Assembly (NCBI RefSeq): GCF_006345805.1
Contig: NC_043003.1
Coordinates: forward strand, 102,486,001 to 102,550,000
Origin: Octopus sinensis
Lineage: Eukaryota
Direction of reading: 5' to 3'
DNA length: 64,000 nucleotides
A program made the translations under genes and the position numbers. Positions 23,923 to 37,429 of this stretch are shown piece by piece; position 1 is the stretch's first letter, and each line of letters begins with the position of its first letter. Below the pieces are notes generated by a model. The model worked only from the letters and a program-made list of their open reading frames with translations. It was not told the origin of the DNA and did no database searches.

Positions 23923-23971
23923 GATTGAGGTTTGTGAAGTTTCAGCTCCAAATATGTGCTCGCCTGCATCA
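23923..23971 (+). CDS. Candidate exon (G)LRFVKFQLQICARLH
   Basis: ttttaaactcag| acceptor and CA|gtatgt donor (alternative downstream donor gtgagt); phase 1 start fits 16858. Confidence 0.3.
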
Positions 23972-24696
23972 GTATGTGCACATGCAGTGTGTGAGTGTGT
24001 GTGGGGGTGTAGCAACAGCCTTTGGGTAGTATTACAATGTATTCATATAATAATTTTTTCATTGGCATATCTTTTTGTTACAGAGCCATTCTCTAACATG
24101 GTTCTCATACAACATTACCTTGGTTTTTATCATTGTCAGACACAAGTATTGAATCATCTTGTAACATTGCCTACGATAGACTTGTGTCCTATCCATGAAA
24201 GGCATTTCTCCTTTTTTTTCTCTTCAACTTTCTGCCATTCAATCAGAGCTAAACATCAGTTCTTAAAAACTCCATAGAGTTTAGAAAGCATTATTGTTTT
24301 TCACAATGCCAAGATGGTGGTTTTTTTCCTGTCTCTTCTAGATAATATAACCACTGCTTCTCTACCCAACCAACTACTTATTAACTATCCATACTGGATT
24401 ACTGGATTGCTCTTTCTCAGCATTTCTCAAAGAAAAACAAAATTTTCATGCAGCTCTTCTTTTCATTTTCCTGCAGAAAGTTTCTTAGCTAAATGCAGGT
24501 CACACAGATGAGCAATATCCATATTAATGTTATTTGCCTCACTCATAGCACCATCACCACCACCACCACCACTGCCACCACCAACACACAATAGCAGTAA
24601 TCTGTTTTTCACACACTGTTAGGATGCCACTTTTCCTATGAAACATAGTTGGATAACCTCACTTGTTACTTATTTACTATATTTCCTGTCACCAAG

Positions 24697-24736
24697 GCTA
24701 CAATGAGCAGAAATCCTATAATTTCGAAGTAATAAG
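24697..24736 (+). CDS. Candidate 40-nt exon (G)YNEQKSYNFEVI(R)
   Basis: atttcctgtcaccaag| and AAG|gtaaat; only one open frame; not phase-linked to 23971. Confidence 0.22.
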
Positions 24737-24814
24737 GTAAATGTGAATATCATATCATTTGATTCTAAGAAGACATCTTGTGAATGTAAAGTGCTTTTGT
24801 TTCATATGAACAGT

Positions 24815-24879
<65 letters not shown>

Positions 24880-25370
24880 CTGTCACTCTCTCTGTGTTTC
24901 ATAAAATCAACATAGAAGAAACAAAACTGCAGAAGAAAACATAGAAACATGAAGAAAAAAATTTTGGTAATGCTGCTGTTGAAGGAACGCTGTTTGATTG
25001 CATGAAGTAAATTTGCAATGGCAGCCAAATACACCCCTACAAGTTGCTGATAATAAAGTGTAGATTGATTAGGAATGGAAGGAAGGAAAGTGGGAGGGGA
25101 GAAATGATATGGTATGATGAAGCAGAATACACAATTTAATGTAAAAAAACCACTTTTAGCAGCATTTTTACCATTTTGTTTTTTTTCAGATAAAGTTGCT
25201 GACTTCATTGGTTTAAGCAAATGAAATTGCAGAGTGGTATAGGTATATGTATGTGGGCATGCAGTTAATGTAAATATACAAGAAAAGAGCATTTCAATGA
25301 GTATGGAGACTTACGTGTGTATGCGGATACTCACACTCACACATATATGCCTATACATACATATATTTTA

Positions 25371-25710
25371 GTGAAGGCACATGGCTTAGCGGTTAGAGCA
25401 TTGGGTTCAGAATCATGAGATAGAGACGTCGATACCCAGACTGGGTTGTGTGTTGTGTTCTTGAGCAAGACACTTTATTTCATGTTGCTCCAGTTCACTC
25501 AGCTGTAGAAATGAGTTGTGATTTCACTGATGCCACTCTGTATTAGCCTTTTCCTTTCCCTTGGATAACACCAGTGGCGTGGAGAGGGCAAGCTGGTATG
25601 CTTGGGTAATAGCTGGTCTTCCATGAACAACCTTGCCCAGACTTGAGCCTCGGAGGGGAACTTTCTAGGTGCAATCCCAAGGTCATCCATGATTGAGGTG
25701 GGGTCCTAAA
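25371..25710 (+). mobile_element. tRNA-derived SINE, family E
   Basis: A-box-like tggcttagcggtt head followed by gtgttcttgagcaagacac...gctccagttcactcagctgt, a central-domain-like segment. Confidence 0.7.
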
Positions 25711-26981
25711 TTTTAGGAGTAGATATGGCTGTGTGGTTTAAGATAGTTGCTTTGCAAGCATATAGTTTTGGGTTCAGTCCCACTGCATGGCACCTTGACC
25801 AAGTGTCTTCTGTGATAGCACCAGACTGACCAATGCCTTGTGAGTGAATGTGATAGATAGAAACTATGTGGAAGCTTTTATATATATATCACCTCCTACA
25901 GTGGTTTCTCCACTGTTATCTCCTCCCATTTTTTCCCTCCTCTGAACCTCCTTTTCACTTTTACCATATTCACCTGCCATTCAACTGCACTTTCCACCCA
26001 GCCAATCACATGCGCTCCCCACCACTTGCACCACTTCCCCATGTCCATCTCCTTATATAGATATTTTCCTTTACATGCACATAACTTCCTCTCTTAGCTC
26101 CTCCCCCACAGAACTGCATTCCCACCCAGCCTCTAAATTCCCACCACTCTTCACTCTTTTCCACTCCTTCTCTTTTTCCCTAATAATGGACTCTATGGCT
26201 AGAACATTGAATATCTTTTTCCTTTCAAGCAGAAAACTAATAAAATCTTTCTGAAAACTTGTCCTTGCTCTTATGTTTTTCTCATTTTTGTTCATTCATC
26301 ATATGTGTGTGTATGTGTCATTGTATCTGTATTTGTCTCCATCAATACTTGACAACCAGTGTTGGTTTGTTTATGCCCCTGTAACTTGATGATATGGCAA
26401 AGCATATTGATAGAATTTGCACAAGACTTAAGGAAATAAGTACTTGGGTCAATCTGTTTGGCTAAAACCTCTTTCAAGGTAGTGCCCGAGCATGACTGCA
26501 GTCCAGTGAGTGAAACAAATAAAAGGTATATATATATATATATATATAACTGATATAAGAGTAAATAATTAATAGTTTTAAAAAACCCAACAATTATTTA
26601 CGGGTAGATTTCGGTAACCCTAGACTTTGCTTTCATTATTTTTTCTTCTGTTTTACATATGTGAATTACATGAATATGTTATATGTGGAGTCTTATTTGT
26701 AGAAAGTAGAAATAAACAGTCTTTGACTGCTATTTCTGATTTTTTCGGTATGTGACTAAGGAACCTGTTGCCTGCCCCTTTTTATTTATATATATATAAA
26801 TGCATAACATTATGTATTTATGGCTGCTTTTTTCTCTGGATGTGGTCAAATGATGTAGACACCTCTGATTAGAGCCCAAAAAATGTTTGAAAATCAATTA
26901 AAGATGTTTATCAGTTTTTTAATCTGTGGAGAAAAAGTGAAATTTGTCATGTTTGTATATCTTCTACATAAGTCTATATAT

Positions 26982-27340
26982 AGGCGCAGGAGTGGCTGTG
27001 TGGTACGTAGCTTGCTAACCAACCACACGGTTGCGGGTTCAGTCCCACTGCGTGGCATCTTGGGCAAGTGTCTTCTGCTATAGCCCCGGGCCGACCAATG
27101 CCTTGTGAGACGGAAACTGAAAGAAGCCTGTCGTATATATGTATATATATGTATATGTGTGTGTGTTTGTGTGTCTGTGTTTGTCCCCCTAGCATTGCTT
27201 GACAACCGATGCTGGTGTGTTTAGGTCCCCGTCACTTAGCGGTTCGGCAAAAAGAGACCGATAGAATAAGTACTAAAAGGTGGTGCTCCAGCATGGCCGC
27301 AGTCAAATGACTGAAACAGGTAAAAGAGTAAAAGAGTAAG
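26982..27340 (+). mobile_element. Near full-length tRNA-derived SINE, family B
   Basis: A box tggctgtgtgg, B box ggttcagtccc (27036-27046), internal TA/GT tract, (taaaagag)n tail; CpGs retained, so probably young. Confidence 0.9.
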
Positions 27341-27346
27341 AGATTA

Positions 27347-27720
27347 CTAGCAGAGATACTCAGTGTTGCCCGTATTGCATGCAATTGAAGAATTAGACTT
27401 TTCTGTTATATTTTCTGTAATGAACTGGAATACCTATGGTTCGAATTTCATCAAAATTGCAGATGAGGGTTCTTTCTCTCTTTACACATCCTAAAAAAAT
27501 TCTAATCATGACACATGTATCCCATACTACTGATCTTTATGTGCAGATTCCAAAATTCCAGTCTTATGGAACCTGTTAAAAGGATTTTGCTCCTGAAAAA
27601 CGGAGGTTACGGAGCTCTAAAATGTGTGTGTGTATATATAAATAAAATATATATATATACATATGTAAACACACACAAAAAGATAGATATACATCTACAT
27701 ATATACGTTTGTGCAGATGT

Positions 27721-27753
<33 letters not shown>

Positions 27754-28095
27754 CATAATATATATATTATATATATATGTATGTAAGCCTGTATATATGT
27801 AAGATAATAGTTTCACTTTAATAGTTTCAGTATTAAAGTGAAAATATCTGACATTACAATAGAGAGATGTTATTGTTTCACTTTTGACACGTAATACTGA
27901 AATAGTGGGGAAGATATGATATTGCTCTGGGCTTGCACTAGGCAAGAAGTTAGAAATATTTTGGCCTATGACACTACATGGGCCCTAAGTAAGGCATGTG
28001 TAAAATATGAATGAAATTGATTGTGTAGTTCTCAAGTTTTAGGGATTCACACAGACAGACAGACAGAAACACATTCTCATCTTTATATATATAGA
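27347..28095 (-). mobile_element. Non-autonomous Helitron with both termini
   Basis: The - strand reads A|TCtatatatataaag... at 28095 and ends cgggcaacactgagtatctctg-CTAG|T at 27347, matching the canonical 5'-TC, CTAG-3' and A/T target. Confidence 0.75.
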
Positions 28096-28984
28096 TATCA
28101 TACCCTTAAACTGTGTGGTTTATACCATGATACTATGTAGGCTTACATGTATATATATGCACGTGTGTGCCTGTGTGTATACAGATATGTGTGTGTATAC
28201 ACACACACACACACACAAACACATACTATAAGTATATACATACTTATATATACTGGCAATACCCCACCATGGCCACAGCCTTCAAGTTGAAACACATCAA
28301 AGAATAAAATATTTCATTCAGTTTTTAATCCCAAAATTTACCCTTTTAAGCTCATCCAGAGGTATAGGTTATCAAATAGACAGTAGGCTGGAGTTTGCTT
28401 GCTTTTATCAAATGTGTTTGAATGTGCACAAATATCTGCAGAAATTTGACAGATATAAACAAGAAGAGCAGAGCAAGCAAGTTTTTTTATTACATCAATT
28501 TACAATTGTTTAATAATGACAAATATTTTACAAAATTCTTCATTATGCAAATTATGCATAGCAAAGTGGGTGAAGATCCTAAAGGGTTCCCTGGACCCAG
28601 GGAACATTCTTAACTCCAGAACGGAGGACTTCAGACAGTGCTTACATTTCAGGAAATTCCTGCTGGCCTATTGGAATCCACAGGATGGCAGGGTCACCGG
28701 TGATCGATAGCCAAAAGGAGACAATCTCCTTTGTTGACATTGAGTAGCGGGATCCTTTCTTCCTCCATATTCTACAGAGGCCACTCACTAGAGAGGCCTT
28801 AAGCCAACAGGTTTTGGGATCTGATGATACGCCATAAAGCTAAGCCCTTTTTGGATGTGAAACCTAAGGTAATCCCATAAACCAGCCTTATCTAATTTTA
28901 ATGTATATATGTATGTGTGTGTGTGTGTCTGTGTTTACACTAACTTGAAAAGCTTATGTTGGATTTATATTATGTCTACGAGCC

Positions 28985-29356
28985 CCGTGCAAGTAGGGTA
29001 TTAAGAGCACAATCCAAGCATGATCGTTGCCAGAGTGGCTATCTAGCCTCCGTGCTGATGGCATGTAGAAGACACCATTACCAGCATTGCCTACTGGCAC
29101 TTGTGCCCGTGGCATGTGTAAAAGATTCGAGAGAGGTCGTTGCCAGTGCTGCCTGACTGGCCCCGTGCTGGTGGCACGTAAAAGCACCCACTACACTCTC
29201 AGAGTGGTTGGCATTAGGAACGGCATCCAGCTGTAGAAACTCTGCCAGATCAAGACTGGAGCCTGGTGCAGCCATCTGGTTCGCCAGCCCTCAGTCATTC
29301 GTCCAACCCATGCTAGCATGGAAAGCGGACGTTAAACAATGATGATGATGATGATG
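28985..29356 (+). mobile_element. Family C retroposon with (GAT)n tail
   Basis: Homologous to 17965-18371. Confidence 0.85.
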
Positions 29357-29866
29357 TCTCATAACTTAGCAGAATGCTAAATTGAATTTGAGAAAATTAG
29401 TACCAGACTGAAATAAGTGTTGAAGTTGTTATTATCCAGTAAAGCCTTGAAAGTGGGGAACCAGCTTGACCACAATTTAAAAGCTGAAGCCAATGAAAGA
29501 AGGAATTAATTATTATCAATGCAATTAGTATTGGAATGAACTAGCATGAAAGTCTCATGTTTAGTTCTTTAGCATATGAGGATGGCTGTAGTGCTGATGA
29601 GGATGGTGTAGGTTGTTAGTAGTGGTGGAGGTAATGGTGATGATGATGATGACGATGATGATGGCAGTTGTGACAATGACATGTTTATATATCATAACAC
29701 AATGATTTAATTGATTTGTTGGATGGTGATGATGATGATGATGCCAATCATCAGAAAGAACACACACACACACATTGTATGTATATGCACATATGCATGT
29801 TTATATATCTATATCTATATATATATCTATATCTATCTATCTATCTATCTATATATATATATATAT

Positions 29867-29895
<29 letters not shown>

Positions 29896-29902
<7 letters not shown>

Positions 29903-30102
29903 AGAAATTAAAAAGGAAACTACACACACTTACATACTTTTAGTATAATTTTTAATATATCGACCGGTTTTGCTAGAAAAAATACATATTCAAATATGTA
30001 AAACATAATATCATGAATAGCAATAGCAAAACCGGTCGATATATTAAAAATTATACTAAAACTATGTAAGTGTGAGTAGTTTCCTTTTTTAATTTCTTAT
30101 AT
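29896..30102. mobile_element. Inverted-repeat element, arms of about 80 bp
   Basis: 29896-29975 vs 30024-30102 (…ttagtataatttttaatatatcgaccggttttgcta), about 2-3 differences; spacer 48 nt. Confidence 0.85.
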
Positions 30103-30180
30103 ACATTACAACTCACCACGTGGAGATAATCAAAATTCCTCTTTTCTGTTGCTACTATATATATATATATGTAAATATAT

Positions 30181-30931
30181 AGGTACAGGTGTGACTGTGC
30201 AGTAAGAAGCTTGATTCCCAACTACAAGGTTCTGAGTTCAGCCTCACTGTGTGGCCATCTTCGGCAAATGTCTTCTGCTATAGCCTCAGGCTGACCAAAG
30301 CCTTTAGAGTGGATTTTGTAGACAGAAACTGAAAGAAGATCATCATGTATATATGTTTATGTGTGTGTGTGTCTCTCTGTGTTTGTCCCCTTGCAGTCAC
30401 TTGACAACTGCTGCTGGTGTTTGTTTGTTTGTTTGTTTGTTTGTTGAGCAAAGCGGTCTTTGTCCCAGTAGTGGGAAAGTCCGAAATGTGGTCCTTTGCT
30501 ATTCGTAAGACCTGCAGAAGAGAAAGCAGGTCAACCCCCGACACCAAGAGCATCGACGGATGGATGAATGCGCATCCAGGCTCAGCGGTTGCATAGGAAG
30601 TCGGGGACAAGAAACAGGAAGAAAGAGTGAGAGAAAGTTGAAGCGAAAGAGTACAACAGGGGTCACCACCACCCCCTGCTGGAACCTCGTGGAGCTTTAG
30701 GTGTTTTCACTCAATAAACATACACAACGCCCGGTCTGGGAATCAAAACTGTGATCTTCCGACCACGCTGCCCTAAACATTGGGCCATTGTGCCTCCACT
30801 GCTGCTGGTGTATTTATGTCTCTGGCAAAAGAGATCAAGAAGCTGACAAAGAATAAGTCCTGGCATTGATTTCTTTGACTAAAATCCTATAAGGATGCAG
30901 TAAAATGACTGAAACAAGTAAAAGAATAAAA

Positions 30932-30935
<4 letters not shown>
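30181..30935 (+). mobile_element. SINE family B hosting a family D SINE
   Basis: 5' half 30181-30420 and 3' half 30798-30935. Confidence 0.75.
30421..30797 (-). mobile_element. tRNA-derived SINE, family D, with (AAAC)n tail and 14-bp TSD
   Basis: TSD actgctgctggtgt at 30407-30420 and 30798-30811; homologous to 54427-54805. Confidence 0.85.
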
Positions 30936-30997
<62 letters not shown>

Positions 30998-32127
30998 CAT
31001 ATATGTATATATCTGTACATACAGATACCAGTAAGAGTACTTTATGTCACATTCCACTCCCACACATTGTTTACATAGTAAGAGTCATACAGCTGACTAA
31101 AACAGCTTTCATTTCTGCAACTGGAATCACAAACTAACTATTCACCAGTTCAGCACCACTGACACCTCCTTTGCCAGGACTATCAGCACTATCATATGCT
31201 GGGTGGAGATAATGATGGCAGGTTGATCTCTGTTCACAAATGGAACTTAACACTCAATTATCCACTGAAAGTTTTATTTATTTAACCGTTTTATTTTGTT
31301 TTGTTTATAGTTCCAATTTTAAAGCTTTAATTTTACGAGCTTGCATTCCTTCATTTTACAGAGGAAAAAGATCCGTTATTTTTCTCATTTCTGCAGTATT
31401 TAATATTTTCTGTCTGTCCCTTGGCACTATATTGAATATTAATTATCTGTTTTTTTTTTCTTGTCAATGTATGAAATCATTGATGTAATATTGCAGTCAT
31501 CTATAATGTTACCATTATTGTTATTTTTATTACTAAGATGACCAAATATTTTACAGCTGAGCTGTTCAGAAATAATAGAAAAGGGTGGGCGGCGGGGGTG
31601 GAGGGAGGAAAAACAATTTAGTTATAATAGAAAATTTGTCCCAATTTTCGTACAATCTGAAAATCTAAAGCTACTTCTAAGAGTTAAATAGCTGCAAAAG
31701 TCCCTTGGTGGTCATTTGTTGAACAAGATATATTGTAATATTGTGTAGACACCATAAAGTATATAATACATGTTTTATTACAATAAACCTAAGCCAAGAA
31801 TATATTGTTTGCAATAACTGTTTCCTTAATCTTTTTGATATCAACCTACCTGCCCAACACTGCCCCTTTTTCTGTGGTATAAAGTGCCCATTTTGAAGTG
31901 ATCTAAGTTAAAACCTCCCATAAAAATTTCTTGCTAAATTAAGTTCCAAACACCTGTGTATTAAGGACAAAGTTATTTTACTAAATTCTCCATTATTTTT
32001 CAAAATTAATTGAAACAAAAGCTGTGTCGTTTAATAGATATATGGTAACAAAAGGGTTAAAGTGATCTAAATTTAAACCTTCCATCGAAATTTCATGTTA
32101 ATTTATGATCTAATCACCACTTTTTTT

Positions 32128-32543
32128 CTCTTTTCTCTTTTACTTGTTTCAGTCATTTGACTGTGGCCATGCTGGAGCACTGCCTTTAGTTGAGCAAATC
32201 GACCCAAGGATTTATTTTTTGTAAGCCAAGTACTTATTCCATTAGTGTCTTTTGCCAAACCGCTAAGTTACGGGGGTGTAAACACACCAGCATCAGTTGT
32301 CAAGCGATGTTGGGGGAACAAACACAGACACACAAACATACATACATACATACTTACATATATATATATATACATATATACAACGGGTTTCTTTTGGTTT
32401 CCATTTACCAAATCCACTCACAAGGCTTTGGTCGGCCCGAGGCTATAGTAGAAGACACTTACCCAAGGTGCCACGCAGAGGGACTAAACCTGGAACAATG
32501 TGGTTCGTAAGAAGCTACTTACCACACAGCCACTCCTACGCCT
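32128..32543 (-). mobile_element. Full-length SINE family B
   Basis: Reverse complement of the 26982-27340 family, including a segment absent from that copy. Confidence 0.85.
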
Positions 32544-33429
32544 ATAATGTTTAATAATGACAAACATTTTACAGAATTCTTCCTTATTTTCAAAATAAAT
32601 TGCATAAATTTAAAGGCAGTGTATTTCAATAGGATTAAGAACTAACAGTAATTTGTTATTTACAGAGTACCAATAATAACATGATAGGTATCTCAGAACT
32701 CTAATGCCTGTCAGTTGGTACTTCAAATGATGATATTATAATGGGAAAAGGAAAACTCAAATGGAAATATCTGAAAGTAACTAAAAATAATTCATTTTGG
32801 ATTGTTGGACATCTTCAATAGATCTCATATATTCTGGTTATGTATGTTCATTCTAAATGAAATGATCTATTCAGAAATGATGTTCATTGTCCAAATTAAA
32901 ATGACTAAGATGTAGCGATGTGACAATTAAGGTCCATCATTTATCTTTCTTCACTGGGACTTGTGAAGGTCTTATTATTCATAAAATTAAAACAAGGCTC
33001 TTTGCTTCTGGAGAAATTTGAATTTTAGATAAACCTTGGAAGGTACAAAAATGGAAAATGAGTGACTTATCAACATGGCTAAAGGAGTTGGACAGAAATG
33101 TAGAACTTCTTGAGCAATAAAACTGCTAAAAGAAATTCAAACCTGAGGCAAGAATTCCCAACCATTTGGTTTTTGGTTCAGTCCTACTATGTGGCATCTT
33201 GGGGAAAGTTCTTCTACAATAGACCCATGCCAATCTAAGACTTGGTAGACAGAAACTGTTTTTTTTTTTGTTTTGTAGCATATTCAATGGTCGTGTAAAT
33301 TCTACCTCACTGGTCTAATAAATCAGTTATGGAAGTGAAAGATGGAAATGTAGTCAGCTCAAACTTGAGACCATGTAGTTGCAAAGCAAACTTCTTCACT
33401 GCATAGCTACACATGCTCCTATGTGTGTG

Positions 33430-33461
<32 letters not shown>

Positions 33462-34190
33462 TGTATGTATGTATGTATGTATGTATGCATGTATGTGTGC
33501 GTGTTTGTATGCATGCATGGTGATGCATACATGAAAATGTAAAAGAGCATGATAGAATAAGTAACAGGCCTGTAAAAAAAAAATACTGGGGCCAATTTGT
33601 TCTGCTAAAAACCTTTCAAGGCAGTGCCCCAGCATGACAATTGGCCAATGACTGAAACAAGTAAAAGAAAGACAACGCTCATCATCACCACCATCATCAC
33701 CACCATCATCACCACCATCACCATCACCATCACCATCATCACAATCATCATCATCACTATTCTCTTCTTCCTCCTCCTCATCATCACCGCTGCCACCGCC
33801 ACAACCACCATGATCAATGCAATAAAATAAAATAATAATAATAGTGATTATTATCATTATTGTAGGTATACCTTTAGAAAAACAGTTTCATCTGGACTGG
33901 ATGGCTAAAATACATCAATAATTTACTCTTGCCTTATGTATGAAAATCTTGATTACATGTTGGTCCCCATTAGGATCATTGAAGCCAGCTGTTGTCTGAC
34001 AAATTAAAAGCAATTATTTGCAACTGCAGCTGCTTTCTTTGTAGTGATGCTGCACTTGATGCAAGATGTGTGGAACATGAGAGAGAAAGAAGACCACAGG
34101 AAGAAAAGTCAATAGTCCTTGGCATATGATACTCTTATGTTCACCACTGATGCTGCTGTTGCTAATAATAATAATAATAATAATAATAAT

Positions 34191-34736
34191 GCAGTACCAG
34201 GCAGTGGCTCTCATGGCTTCTGATCTTAACTGATATGAAGTGTTATCATGTATATTGTTTTGTCTTGGTATAAAAGATGGGCTACAGCAAATATTCTGCT
34301 CAATACCACAGATTTGCTTGTCAGTTGTTTGACCTTAACCAGTTGAGCATGTCCCTTAGTGGCTGACGATATGTGCTTCTCTGATCACGAGCAGAAGTAG
34401 TGGGGGAGCATCATAGCCATGTGTTGAGAAGGATTCTTTGGGGTTTGAATAATTCACCTCTGGAAACATGGGTGTTTCGTTCAACGTCCTTAAACAACCC
34501 TTATTCAGGGACCTTTTGAGTGGGATGGGTTACTCGATCTGAAGAAAATTCTAACTGGGCCCCACCTGCAAGGTTATGTGCTGTTTATCTTGATATGAGA
34601 TCACCATGTCGCGCACATATGGTTGTGATGCATGTGCCTGGTGTACCCTTATCAGACGGGTAGTCATGATGGGTATACTGGGCTTTGTATATTTTACCCC
34701 AGTGTCACTTTGATGGCATGCTCTGCTCGCTCACTC
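34191..34736 (+). mobile_element. 546-bp non-coding element bounded by (AAT)n on both sides
   Basis: (AAT)n at 34163-34190 and 34737-34782; no ORF and no obvious tRNA head. I recall it as a dispersed octopus repeat, but only one copy is in this window. Confidence 0.65.
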
Positions 34737-34782
<46 letters not shown>

Positions 34783-37186
34783 GGTAGAAGATGTAAGATC
34801 TGCTCTCAGGAGGTCAAGCAAATGGAAGTCCCCAAAAAAGGATAAAATTCCTAACTTCTGGTTGAATGCCTTCCCAGAGAGCCATGAACTGTTAACAGAA
34901 CTTTATAATGATGTTTTGCAACATCCTAGTAGGATGCCTGCCTGGCTAGTTTAACATTCCTGCTTCCAAAAAGTGAAGAAACAAATGAACCAAAAAACCA
35001 TAGACCCTTAACCTGCTTAACAACTATGTATAAAACACTAACTCTGTCCTGATGGAATATACCTATAGTTTTTTAACAGACAGCAGCATATTCCCCTAAT
35101 GTACAGAAAGGATGTAAACGTGGATCCTATAGTTGTAAAGATCAGCCACTCATCAATAGGATGATCTTAGAAGATTGTCACAAACGACACAAAAACTTAT
35201 CAATAGCCTGGATAGACTATAAAAAGACTTTCGATAGCCTACCACATAGCTGGATTAAGAAATGCATGGAAATGTATATAATAGCGCCTACTCTGTGAAA
35301 CTTTTTGTCTGTGAGTATGAGATCATGGAGAACCACACTAACTTTGAACAGTGACGATGAATCTCTAAATGCTGGTGATGTAAAAATTTCATGTGGCATT
35401 TTCCAGGGCGACTCACTACCACCACTCCTCTTTTGTTTAGCCTTAATACCTCCCTCAAAATTGCTCAATGACACACAGTACAGATATAAAATATTAGATA
35501 AAAATATAAATCATCTCATTTACATGGATGATTTAAAGCTCTTTGCAAAAAATCACCAACTCAAGGGTTTACTAGCGATTGTTAAACAATTCAGTGATGA
35601 CATCAGAATGCCTCGATAAATGTGCAAAAGCTACCTTTATCAAAGGAAAAATGACAGAAACATCTAATGTTAACCTTGACCAGCAGAATGTCATAAAAGA
35701 GTTAGACCCAGCGGAGAGCTACAAGTACCTAGGGGTAATTGAAGGGGACGGAATAAGGCATTCAGTGATGAAGGAAAGGATCAGGAGAGAATGTTATCGC
35801 AGAGTAAAAGAGCAATCCTCAAGACAGAGCTGAATGCGAGAAACAGGATCAAAGTGATCAATGCTTTAGCCATTCCAGTCATGACTTACAGTTTCAATAT
35901 CGTTAACTGGTCAATTACTGAAATATGTTATCTTGTCAGAAAAATATGAAAACTGTTGACAATGCATAGAATGCACCACCCTAAGGCAGATATAGAACGA
36001 CTTTATCTGCCAAGAAAAGAGGGAGGTCGTGGACTTTTACAACTGGCAATAACAATGAAGATTGCTACAATTGGCCTAGACACCTACTTGAAAAACTCTG
36101 AGGACTGGATGTTAAAACTTGTCTCAAAACATGAAAACAAGAAAGCATCATACTCAGTAACAAAACAGGCAATGGAATACCTAAGTGAATTCCGAATACA
36201 ACAAATTTCGGAATTAGAGATAGACATACAAGAAACAAGCACAGAAAAAGCTAAGCACATGAAAACCCGTACTAAAACTGCTGCCTTAGATATTCTGAAT
36301 GATAAATGGCAAGAAAAACCTCTCTATGGCAAATACCCAAAGAGAGCAAATAATGCAGATGTTGACAAAGCCCTGACCCATCAATGGCTTATGGCCTCTG
36401 GCTTAAAATCTGAAACAGAAGGGTTTATCATAGCAGCTCAAGATCAATGCCTACCTACAAGGAACTACCAGACTAACATATTAAAGAACAGCAGTTGCCC
36501 AACATGTGTATATCAACAACAAAATGAAACCATTGATCAATTTGTCTCCAAGTGCAGTCTTCTTGCACCTACAGAGTATCTCAACAGATACTCTGTTGAG
36601 ATACTCTGTAGGTGCAAGAAGACTGTACTTTGTCTTCTTGTATTCGGAATTCACTTAGGTATTCAAACTGACAGAAAGATAGACGCGAATAGGCCAGACA
36701 TCATAGTGAAAGACTTCAGACAAAAAACATGCCTCCTCATTGATATGACTGTACCAATCAATATAAACGTATCTGTCAAGACCTACCAAAAACTGAGCAA
36801 ATATAAGGATCTGGAAATAGAAATGCAAAATGTGGAACCTGAAGACTAAAACAGTACCTGTTGTCATAGGGAATGATAGCAAAAGAGGCTGATTGCTACC
36901 TAACTCTGATACCAGGAAACCCAAAATTGGCAGAAATTCGAAAGATAGTGCTCATGGGAACTGCTCATATCCTGCGCAAAATACTTTCTATGTAATCTCA
37001 AGTTTTAAGACAAACATAATTTTCGTATGGTTTTTTAGGCATTCACTAGTACAACACTAGATACAAAACCAAATATATGGCATCCTAGGCATAATACTAA
37101 CACGAACTTCCAACCTGTTGTCTCTTGAGGTCCCTGGGTGAGACTTGGAGCCAGCTTGTGCAAATGTAAAGCAAAAGTCAAACATG

Positions 37187-37187
<1 letters not shown>
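34783..37187 (+). mobile_element. 5'-truncated R4/Dong-clade non-LTR retrotransposon (RT plus restriction-like endonuclease), inactivated
   Basis: WIDYKKTFD (35209), GIFQGDSL (about 35395-35418), YMDD (35521), YKYLG, RLYLPRKEGGRGL, AAQDQ, CPTC knuckle remnant, RPD (36691) and KLSKYKDL; frameshifts; (AAT)n at both ends. Confidence 0.92.
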
Positions 37188-37232
<45 letters not shown>

Positions 37233-37429
37233 TGTTCTTTCCAATTCTAGTACAAGGTCAGCAGTTTTGAGGGGAGAGAAAGTTGATTACATTGACCCCA
37301 GCACTTGATTTGTACCTTATTATTGAAAAGATGAAGTACAAAGTTGACCTCAGCAGAATTTGAACTGAGAGCATAAAGAGCCGGAAGAAATGCAACTAAG
37401 CATTTTGTCCAACATGCTAACGAGACAGG

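Noticed and set aside
24075-24510. Several strong acceptors (24081 region, 24340, 24420, 24477)
   Set aside because: No combination gave an unambiguous phase-consistent continuation of 23923-23971.
28820-28875. CTGATGA ... GAAAC spacing suggestive of a hammerhead or C/D box
   Set aside because: No helix II closing pair (U/U), no helix I or III, and no matching D box with terminal stem.
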